A model generated the notes under the pieces. The model searched no databases. It had not been told where the DNA came from and worked only from the letters and a program-made list of their open reading frames with translations. 64,000 nucleotides of DNA from Shigella phage SGF2, in sequence record MN148435; one strand, 5' to 3'. Shown one piece after another: positions 56,782 through 64,000 of the stretch; the stretch's first letter is position 1, and every line of letters starts with the position of its first letter. The position numbers were made by a program, and so were the translations under genes.

Positions 56782-58812
56782 TTAACCTCTATTCAATGAA
56801 CATTTAGGAGAATTACAATAAACTTGATTCATAGAACCAAGCGTACAACTTTCAGCATCGCGCCACGGAATCTGCTTAAAACACTCTGAGCAGTAGCCGA
56901 GGGTTGACCACATGGCTTTGGTGAAGTCAGTGCTTCGGTTTCCGTCGAAGCTGACAACAGTTTTGCGGAGAGCTGTTCGTGATTCAGGAAACACACCTGC
57001 TTTCTCAGCAGGTTCCTCCTTTTTTGGCTTAGTTGAGATTGCAAAAATACTGTTGCTACGTTTCTCAACATAAGCATCAACAACATCCTCCAGAGTGATG
57101 CCTGTCTGTTTCGCTGAGGAAGGTAATACAGTCATACGACCAATCATATCTTCAGTTACACGTAAAGCAAATTCAGGACGACGGGCGTTTGTTGTATCTG
57201 TTGCTTTAATCCAGACATAACCATCTTTGATCGTAGCATTAGATACTTTCTTCTTTACATCTACAGCGCAGACTTTACAGATATCTTCACCACGAAGACG
57301 ACTAAGTTCATCATCGAACTCGTTCTCTGTTTTAACTTCACCGCAGATTTCACAAACACCAATAGGAGTTTCCTCCTCTTCTTCATCTTTAGGTTTAGTC
57401 AAACCTTCCAGACATTCAGGGTGCCAGTAGCACTGATATGCGAAGACTGCTTTAGGTGCATCCTTCCAATCAATGTGTTTGTCACAACCACCGCAATCAC
57501 CATGAGAGTGTGCTTCCCAGAATTTACGAGTGATAGTAACGCCATTCTTATTGACGAAACTATCATTCATGTCAAAAGGGATATCATCATCGAAGTCAGC
57601 GGTAGTAGACTCAGGCTCCTTTTTCTCCAGAGATGGGTCAACAAAACGACCTGCTGTGATCACTAAACGAACCATAGCATTAACTTCGGAGATGCAGGAT
57701 ACTGTCCCACGGTAAACAATTTTAGGGTCTTTCAGGGCATCCTGATAAGCCTTAATGTCTACGTTATGAACATCACCTTCGATATACTCTTGAGACTTCT
57801 CATCGTAGATATAACCAATCATCTTACCACGAGAAGGAACAGCACCAGCTGTTGCATAAGGAACAAACTCATGTGGTGTGATTTCCACAGTCATATCGCG
57901 GCGAATGTCAATGTTTCGATCGCTTGCGATTTTGTTTTGACTTACCACTGCGTTTCTTCGACGAACGTCTGCCGCTGTCACTCCCGGCTTCGTGTCGTAA
58001 GGATTGCTTGTACTGCTTTTTGAGGAACTTTGATAATTGCTTTGGCTGTAGTTGTTCGAGTAGTAATTGCCCCAACGATTGATTACCGTAAAAACCGGAA
58101 GCTCGTGGGCGACCTCTTCAACTAGAGTCATACTGTTGTTTGACATGTCAAAGATATACTCTGTACCAACTTTACATTCAAAGTGCTCATCAATACGGTT
58201 CTTGTGAGACTTAGAACGCTTCAGAATCCACATCAACATGTCTTCTTCAGAAGCACCAAACCAATCTCTGTTACAACGTGCGAGATGGAATGGACGCTCT
58301 TCGTTACGGATGATATGAAGACGGTTGTCAGAAGCATCATGCCAGATTAAGGTGAAAGCACCATCCAGCTTTTGAATAGTCTCTGCTGCACCAATAGTGT
58401 TAATAGAGTGGCAGATGTTCTCACTGTCTACCTCGAAGTTTTTGCTGTCAGGTAACAGATCTTGGTCCATCAAGGTTCCGTTATGAACCAGAGTGATGTT
58501 ACCATGTTGGAAAGGATGGGCGTTCTTGGCGTTAACTGCACCTTTCGTTGCATGACGGCTATGACCAACAATCCATGAAGGTGCTACAGTGTAAGCTGTT
58601 TCACCAGTGGTGTGCTTCTTGTACTCATCTTGAAGGATGAATGCGAAAGAAGGAAGGGCTTCTTTATAGGTGAAGACTTCCTTAGTGCTCTTACGCTGAC
58701 CAAAGATACCAGAGGAATGTTGTCCTCGGAACACTCCAGCATAAAAGAGTTGGTTGAATACGTCTAAATCAGTGCTTGACAGATTACCGCCAGCTAATAC
58801 GATGCCACAAAT
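56782..58812 (-). CDS. class-II (Ntn) glutamine amidotransferase domain protein with C-terminal Cys-rich zinc-ribbon region
   Basis: reading frame between stops begins K-I-CGIVLAGG...RGQHSSGIF...GHSRHATKGAVNAKNAHPF...HNG; track start is internal GTG 58734; only ATT 58812..58810 (AGGTGG 8 nt upstream) can place Cys at position 2. Confidence 0.55.
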   Translation of the reverse strand: MCGIVLAGGNLSSTDLDVFNQLFYAGVFRGQHSSGIFGQRKSTKEVFTYKEALPSFAFILQDEYKKHTTGETAYTVAPSWIVGHSRHATKGAVNAKNAHPFQHGNITLVHNGTLMDQDLLPDSKNFEVDSENICHSINTIGAAETIQKLDGAFTLIWHDASDNRLHIIRNEERPFHLARCNRDWFGASEEDMLMWILKRSKSHKNRIDEHFECKVGTEYIFDMSNNSMTLVEEVAHELPVFTVINRWGNYYSNNYSQSNYQSSSKSSTSNPYDTKPGVTAADVRRRNAVVSQNKIASDRNIDIRRDMTVEITPHEFVPYATAGAVPSRGKMIGYIYDEKSQEYIEGDVHNVDIKAYQDALKDPKIVYRGTVSCISEVNAMVRLVITAGRFVDPSLEKKEPESTTADFDDDIPFDMNDSFVNKNGVTITRKFWEAHSHGDCGGCDKHIDWKDAPKAVFAYQCYWHPECLEGLTKPKDEEEEETPIGVCEICGEVKTENEFDDELSRLRGEDICKVCAVDVKKKVSNATIKDGYVWIKATDTTNARRPEFALRVTEDMIGRMTVLPSSAKQTGITLEDVVDAYVEKRSNSIFAISTKPKKEEPAEKAGVFPESRTALRKTVVSFDGNRSTDFTKAMWSTLGYCSECFKQIPWRDAESCTLGSMNQVYCNSPKCSLNRG

Positions 58813-58891
58813 TTTCTAATCCACCTGAAGGGTAAACCCTTTCATCTAATTAACCTTTAAATTGTGCCCCTTTATCAGAGGCACCCATTGA

Positions 58892-59995
58892 TTACAGCGC
58901 TTGCTCTAACTGATTTTCCAGATGATCTGGAATGTACCCTGTGATATTGCTATCACTGTGACCTGACTCACGCAGTAAGTCAAAAATAGCACGGATACGT
59001 TGCTCTGGTGCAGATCGTACAGTAGATAGATCAGTTGTACGAAGCATAACCAGAATCTCTTGGTACAAGTTGTTAGCGTTCCCTCGGACATATCCAAGGA
59101 ATCCGTAGAAGTCTGAGATATGACGTAGATCAACAAGAACTTCTCCGTTGGAGTTGGTTCGACGTAAACGAATACGACCAGACTGTTCTACTTCATGAGA
59201 ACGACAATACAAAACATCACGGGCCATACAATAACCTGAATGCAAATCCGATTCATCCAGATTGTAATCCAGAGGAAGGTAAGGAAGCATTGGGGCAAAT
59301 CGTACAGTATTTAAATGCTCAATAAACTGATCATTGCTCATCTCTGCGTTATCTAAAGCCAGCTTCTTCAACATCAAGAAGCGGTTAACCAGATTGAGAA
59401 GTTGACCACGTTTCCACTTAGGCTCACTGATACGGAACTCGATCGAACCGTATTGGGCAAGTGGCAGAAGATTCAGGGATGTATACTTATCCCATGAACG
59501 AACCAGACGGTTGAAGAATTCTTCATCGTCGTAGTTAAATGCGTCAGAGGCATTCATTACCTGTGCTTGTACCACTGCGAAAGCAGGGCAGAAGTTGCTA
59601 CGGTAACGATGATAGCCTGAACACTTGAACAACATCTTTTCATAGAAGGTCCAAGCGAGAATGGTTTTCTTGAGGATATTACTATCAGCATCCCTCATAT
59701 CCATATGAACGTGAGTAGAGCAACGCCAAGTCCCCTCGGCGTGCGATTCAGCTACTGCTTCACTCAGGTTGTTGATAGCGTCTAACAACTCCTGTCCGTT
59801 GTAAGGTCGTGAACATACCATTTCACAGCCATTACGCAGGGAACCATCCTCTGTACAATCCCACATATCTGCTTCGATATGGTCGGAGCCTTCGAGTTCT
59901 AGTTCGATACCGACACCGCACTGAAGTGCAATTGAACTATGCGCCTCAGTTAAACGACCTTCTCGATATCCAAAAGTTTGCGCTACAGTTGTCAT
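58892..59995 (-). CDS. amidoligase (GCS2/glutamine synthetase-like carboxylate-amine ligase) candidate
   Basis: GVGIELELEG near N-terminus and CSTHVHMDM resemble GxExE and HxH motifs of GCS2-type ligases; 367 aa. Confidence 0.45.
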   Translation of the reverse strand: MTTVAQTFGYREGRLTEAHSSIALQCGVGIELELEGSDHIEADMWDCTEDGSLRNGCEMVCSRPYNGQELLDAINNLSEAVAESHAEGTWRCSTHVHMDMRDADSNILKKTILAWTFYEKMLFKCSGYHRYRSNFCPAFAVVQAQVMNASDAFNYDDEEFFNRLVRSWDKYTSLNLLPLAQYGSIEFRISEPKWKRGQLLNLVNRFLMLKKLALDNAEMSNDQFIEHLNTVRFAPMLPYLPLDYNLDESDLHSGYCMARDVLYCRSHEVEQSGRIRLRRTNSNGEVLVDLRHISDFYGFLGYVRGNANNLYQEILVMLRTTDLSTVRSAPEQRIRAIFDLLRESGHSDSNITGYIPDHLENQLEQAL

Positions 59996-60609
59996 AACGA
60001 ATCCACCAACGTAATATTATAATTGCTAAGGTTTTCAGAAATGTGATGAAAGTGTTCCAGAAGTCGCATCGGTTGCTGACCATAAGAGTCACGAGGCGCT
60101 TCCAGATCTACTTGCCCTACCAGTGCACCTTTATAATGCACCTTACCATCCGTAGGGTTGATGTAAATATAACGAGTGACCAATCCATCAAACTCTGGAT
60201 TGAATAGACTGTAAACCATCTCCCCAGAGATAGAACGACCAATCCCAGGAGCATTTCGAATCTTGTTACCCATCAAACCCTTTGCTCTCTGACGAACAGG
60301 GTTAATGTGAGTCCAGCTTACAGTGTTACCGTTATGGAACAGATAACCAACATCAGGTGATTCAAGAATCAAGGTTGGGTCGAACACTGGAATATTCATC
60401 GTAGTGTTTCGAAGGTGCCCTTGCTCATTCTTGTACCACTGCTCTACAACAAAATACAGAGCCTGTTCTGCTTCGTGAGAGAAGTCATCGCTGCGGAAGT
60501 TACCGCTCTGCTCGACACCAATCACAAAACATGGAAGGTTGATATTACCTGCTCGTTTAGCAATCCATGTACCATTATAGTAATGAGAAAAATCAGCTAC
60601 TAAGCTCAC
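59992..60609 (-). CDS. hypothetical protein
   Basis: 205-aa ORF; ATGA overlap with downstream gene. Confidence 0.45.
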   Translation of the reverse strand: MSLVADFSHYYNGTWIAKRAGNINLPCFVIGVEQSGNFRSDDFSHEAEQALYFVVEQWYKNEQGHLRNTTMNIPVFDPTLILESPDVGYLFHNGNTVSWTHINPVRQRAKGLMGNKIRNAPGIGRSISGEMVYSLFNPEFDGLVTRYIYINPTDGKVHYKGALVGQVDLEAPRDSYGQQPMRLLEHFHHISENLSNYNITLVDSL

Positions 60610-60618
60610 GATAACCTC

Positions 60619-61425
60619 TTATGCTACCTGAAGGAGTTTGATCTGCTGGTCCGCTTCTTTAACGTTGTTGCCGTTAATGATTTCATGAAGCTTCTCAATC
60701 GGAAGGCGAGAGTGTAATGCCATCAGAGTGGACATATCACACTGCTGAACAACTTTGTCAACCTGATCGTAAACAAACTTACGGTTTTCACGATCGCTAA
60801 TCCAGAAGTTAGACAGTGAACGGTATTCGATACCATAGTCTTTATAACGGATTGCAGACGCTTTACCGTAGAGTTCTTTACGGCGAGTATCTTTATCCAT
60901 AATAACTGCTGGGAGGGACAGGAAGTAGTCACACAGCACACCCAACATCATCTGAGTTTGCAGGGTGATATCCAAAGCACCAACTACGCCGAGATGTACG
61001 TGACCACCGGCAGTACGAAGCCCTTTATTCTGAGAAGTCGGGGATGGATTCTTCTGACCAGTGAAAGCGTTGAAATCAGGAGTACATCCGAAGATGAACG
61101 CTGATTCATTGAAAGTCTTCATCTCTTCTTCAGTGAAGATGTGAGAGCTAACACCCGGAGCTGTTTCCATGTCCAGTTTGTTCAGGACATTGTTGGTGAG
61201 ATCGATACCACGTTGCATGTTATCGTTAAACGCTTCAAAGCCGCTCTGTGGGTCAATATCAAACTCAGCCAGTACGTTGTCCTCTTGAAGACGAACATCC
61301 TTAGCCAGAGTGATCTTATCGTCCTTAGAACAACCTAACAGACCAGCTACAGAGGTGATAATACCATTGCTGGTACGAACAAACATTTCAGGGTCAGAGC
61401 CGATAAGGAATTTGCGCTTAGTCAT
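60619..61425 (-). CDS. second amidoligase-like protein (weak)
   Basis: LIGSDPEMFV and AGGHVHLGV echo the GxExE / HVH pattern of neighbour 58892..59995. Confidence 0.35.
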   Translation of the reverse strand: MTKRKFLIGSDPEMFVRTSNGIITSVAGLLGCSKDDKITLAKDVRLQEDNVLAEFDIDPQSGFEAFNDNMQRGIDLTNNVLNKLDMETAPGVSSHIFTEEEMKTFNESAFIFGCTPDFNAFTGQKNPSPTSQNKGLRTAGGHVHLGVVGALDITLQTQMMLGVLCDYFLSLPAVIMDKDTRRKELYGKASAIRYKDYGIEYRSLSNFWISDRENRKFVYDQVDKVVQQCDMSTLMALHSRLPIEKLHEIINGNNVKEADQQIKLLQVA

Positions 61426-62389
61426 TGTAATACTCCACTAGTTCAGAAAAGAGAGATGAGATTGTGTTACCAACTTCTTCAGTAGTAAGGCCAGAGCTTG
61501 GACCAGTACGCTGAATTAGTCGGGCTGTAAAGTTTTGTACTGTAATGTTTCCCAACTTGTCGTCTATTGATTCACGTTTGTGACCATAACAGTTGGACCA
61601 GAGTCTTAACCACTCTGACATTGTTTCATACTCGTCCGGGTCTTGATCTTTAGCACGAGCAAATCTTCGTAAGGCATCTTGGTTATGGTTACGAACATAA
61701 CCGTCCTTGTTGTCACCAACACCGAAGGGGTTTTGCACCCATACTTGTTTCGTGTATTCATCAGAGTCTACAACCAAAGGAAGGAATGCTGCTGCTGACA
61801 TATTGTTATTAACAACAATAGAGGTGCTCTCGCTACTCCCATTGGCTCTTCCTCGTTGAGACCATCCACCGAAGAAGTCACGACCCAACCCAGCTAACAC
61901 TAGAGCGATGCCGATGCGCTTACGCTTCAGCCACTCTTCCCTGTCTTCAATTCCTTCTGCTAGGAAATCCATTCCACGATACTGCCCTTCCAGAATGCTA
62001 CGGAAGAGCATAAGTCCTGTGAAGATTTGATCTGCTGGATGCTCACGGAGGTTGACAGCAACACTATTCGCTGAAGTGATCGTAAATATACCACGATAGC
62101 AAGACATAGAGTTCATAATGTCTGCTGTTTCAACCAAGTTCTTTTCAATGTCAGATGCAGCGAGACCATGAAAAGAGTGAGTCCAGTAATTCAACATCTC
62201 CAATTGCAAGTTAATGTCACGGTTGAAGCGTTTATGACGCCCTTCTTCCATGACACATTCGTCATTAACATCATATACGACTTGACCTTGCATGTAGTTG
62301 TGAATACCGAAGCACCCACGACCTAAGAACTTCTGTTCCCCTAAATCCTGTTGAAGATTAAGAGGTACGATCGTTGTGGAGATTGCCAT
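61418..62389 (-). CDS. hypothetical protein
   Basis: 323-aa ORF. Confidence 0.45.
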   Translation of the reverse strand: MAISTTIVPLNLQQDLGEQKFLGRGCFGIHNYMQGQVVYDVNDECVMEEGRHKRFNRDINLQLEMLNYWTHSFHGLAASDIEKNLVETADIMNSMSCYRGIFTITSANSVAVNLREHPADQIFTGLMLFRSILEGQYRGMDFLAEGIEDREEWLKRKRIGIALVLAGLGRDFFGGWSQRGRANGSSESTSIVVNNNMSAAAFLPLVVDSDEYTKQVWVQNPFGVGDNKDGYVRNHNQDALRRFARAKDQDPDEYETMSEWLRLWSNCYGHKRESIDDKLGNITVQNFTARLIQRTGPSSGLTTEEVGNTISSLFSELVEYYND

Positions 62390-62399
62390 AACTAACCTT

Positions 62400-63596
62400 T
62401 TATTTTCCTAAAAATAATCCGCTCATAATACCATCCCATTCAGAGGATGGAAACACCGAATACTCTGAACTTTGGTCCAGAGTTCCGCTACTGAATCGCT
62501 GAACAATATTATAAATATTGAACATATCTTTAGTCTCAGCGCGATAAGCGTAGACTAATCTGTCAGCTGTTCTTTCATCTTTAGATACCCGACGAGCAAA
62601 GGTAACCAGAAGGTTGTCACCTTTGAGTATTTCTGACTCATCTTTTACTAGATCAGGGTGCATAACCGGCAAGAACATCGAGTTATTAACTCGTAATTCT
62701 GCTGTTTCATCATTCTCATAATGAATCCACTTAAAGTCTTCATCACGGAAGTGACCGCATCCATCTCTGTACGACTGCTGACGCCAAGGCACTTTAAACG
62801 CTTCAGTATACTTATCAGCCATACCAACTGTAAATAGCGACGCTGGGAAGATACAAGCATCCCAATCATTACCGACCAGAGTTGCTTTCGTTTCACCCAA
62901 GAGGTTAGTGTAAGTGCTAACCATTCGTGAGTAAACGTAAGCCTGAAGAATTGTCCAGCCTTCAACCAACCATTTATGAAGGAAGGTTTCAACTTGACTC
63001 TCTTCATCTTCACAATAGAAGGTTCGATCTAACATCAAATAGAACAGACAACGATCAGCAGGAACATTCTCAGTTGCTACCCCCATAAAACCTTTCTCGT
63101 GCCAGCGTAAACAGGAGGGACGATCTTTGTCCACAAATGCTTCCATAGCTTCCAGTACAGCACGAGGTGTGGTTTGATGTTCAGGATTTTTATTATTCCA
63201 ACGATCAATGTTATTCTTAGGAGGTGTGTCTTCATCTTCATACGAACACCAACTTAAAGCTTCAGCTACGTGCTTTTCATCACGCCAGCGTCTAAAACCT
63301 AACATCTTCATGTGAGTTCCGGAGTTCCAGATATGCTTGATTTTACACATATCCATCTCTCGGCTTAACAGGAACTCTTCCCCATCAGCACTACGAACGT
63401 TAGCTTCTTCATGCCACACTCGAACGTGCATATTCCACCCATGAGTTGCCTCATACATGTTAGGGTCGAAGTATTCATCTTCGTCATCGTCTTCATCAAC
63501 GCCACCGTTATAGTTGCGAAGCTGAAGGAACCCATAACAAGGAGGGTTGACCGTTAAAACATTACCTTCAGTATCTTCTAATGTTACTGGAAACAT
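62400..63596 (-). CDS. hypothetical protein
   Basis: 398-aa ORF with acidic stretch DEDDDEDE. Confidence 0.45.
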   Translation of the reverse strand: MFPVTLEDTEGNVLTVNPPCYGFLQLRNYNGGVDEDDDEDEYFDPNMYEATHGWNMHVRVWHEEANVRSADGEEFLLSREMDMCKIKHIWNSGTHMKMLGFRRWRDEKHVAEALSWCSYEDEDTPPKNNIDRWNNKNPEHQTTPRAVLEAMEAFVDKDRPSCLRWHEKGFMGVATENVPADRCLFYLMLDRTFYCEDEESQVETFLHKWLVEGWTILQAYVYSRMVSTYTNLLGETKATLVGNDWDACIFPASLFTVGMADKYTEAFKVPWRQQSYRDGCGHFRDEDFKWIHYENDETAELRVNNSMFLPVMHPDLVKDESEILKGDNLLVTFARRVSKDERTADRLVYAYRAETKDMFNIYNIVQRFSSGTLDQSSEYSVFPSSEWDGIMSGLFLGK

Positions 63597-63607
63597 TATA
63601 CCAACCT

Positions 63608-63970
63608 CTATTGGTTTTTAATCAACTCGATCGACTTACGGATATAAAGAATATCTCGGAAGTTTCGATAGTTGTTCATAAATTGGTGCTTCTGGAAAGT
63701 AGCTTCTTCCAGAGATTTCTTTGCTTCTGCGTAGTTTTTACGGGCAAGATGTACAACCCGCTCTGGTAACACATTTGCACGACGGATGATATACTTGTGA
63801 GCCTTCATGTTGCTTTGCTCACGAGCAATCTTACCTTTAGCAACTTTGATACCATTTGCAATCCAAGCAAGTTCTTGCTCAAGCTCATCGTTGGACATTC
63901 CACCGAGATTTGATGCAACCTTGTTCAGAGTTTCAATATTAACGTTGCCCTTAATGGGACGTGTATTCAT
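63608..63970 (-). CDS. hypothetical protein
   Basis: 120-aa basic helical ORF. Confidence 0.4.
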   Translation of the reverse strand: MNTRPIKGNVNIETLNKVASNLGGMSNDELEQELAWIANGIKVAKGKIAREQSNMKAHKYIIRRANVLPERVVHLARKNYAEAKKSLEEATFQKHQFMNNYRNFRDILYIRKSIELIKNQ

Positions 63971-64000
63971 ACTTACTCCTGTTGTTTACACTCGTCAATA

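Noticed and set aside
56782-58734. GTG 58734 as the true start of the amidotransferase
   Set aside because: It would remove the conserved N-terminal CGIV nucleophile segment that is in frame immediately upstream; the frame is open back to the TAG at 58818..58816.
62648-63013. 121-aa - strand ORF
   Set aside because: Alternative frame wholly inside the 398-aa ORF 62400..63596; no independent signal.

Overview
Dense dsDNA phage genome segment, podovirus-like in gene content. Positions 1-1043 carry leftward genes, followed by a 1.26-kb repeat-rich non-coding leader (1044-2306). The + strand from 2.3 to 32.8 kb is the packaging and virion module: small and large terminase, portal, scaffold, major capsid with an apparent -1 frameshift into four Ig-like domains, tail fibres (one with a C-terminal S74 chaperone domain), a GH24 lysozyme, an SLT-domain protein, Q/N-rich internal proteins and a 1474-aa ejection-type protein. 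The - strand from 33 to 64 kb holds replication, nucleotide-metabolism and accessory genes: primase-helicase, a DnaQ-like exonuclease encoded separately from the Pol A polymerase domain, 5'-3' exonuclease, SSB-like protein, ThyX, dCTP deaminase, thioredoxin-like protein, PhoH, a phage sigma-like factor, overlapped spanins, two HNH endonucleases, a Dps-like protein, a Pol-beta-type nucleotidyltransferase, macro-like and SLOG-like proteins, and tandem small paralog families. A TAATGTATA promoter-like motif and UUCG-loop terminator hairpins recur in intergenic regions. The own sigma factor plus this motif resemble phiEco32-type phages, from memory and unverified. The most notable region is a ~9.6-kb island (54.0-63.6 kb) encoding a GGCT/AIG2-like protein, a RimK-like ATP-grasp ligase, a class-II glutamine amidotransferase and two GCS2-like amidoligase candidates: a candidate phage peptide or gamma-glutamyl ligation system of unknown target. 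In the amidotransferase, the catalytic Cys sits two codons after an in-frame TAG, so only an AUU codon can serve as start. All calls are from reading the sequence and motif recall; no searches were run. The six-frame track uses GTG/TTG as well as ATG starts, so several starts were re-picked at ATG codons with a Shine-Dalgarno.
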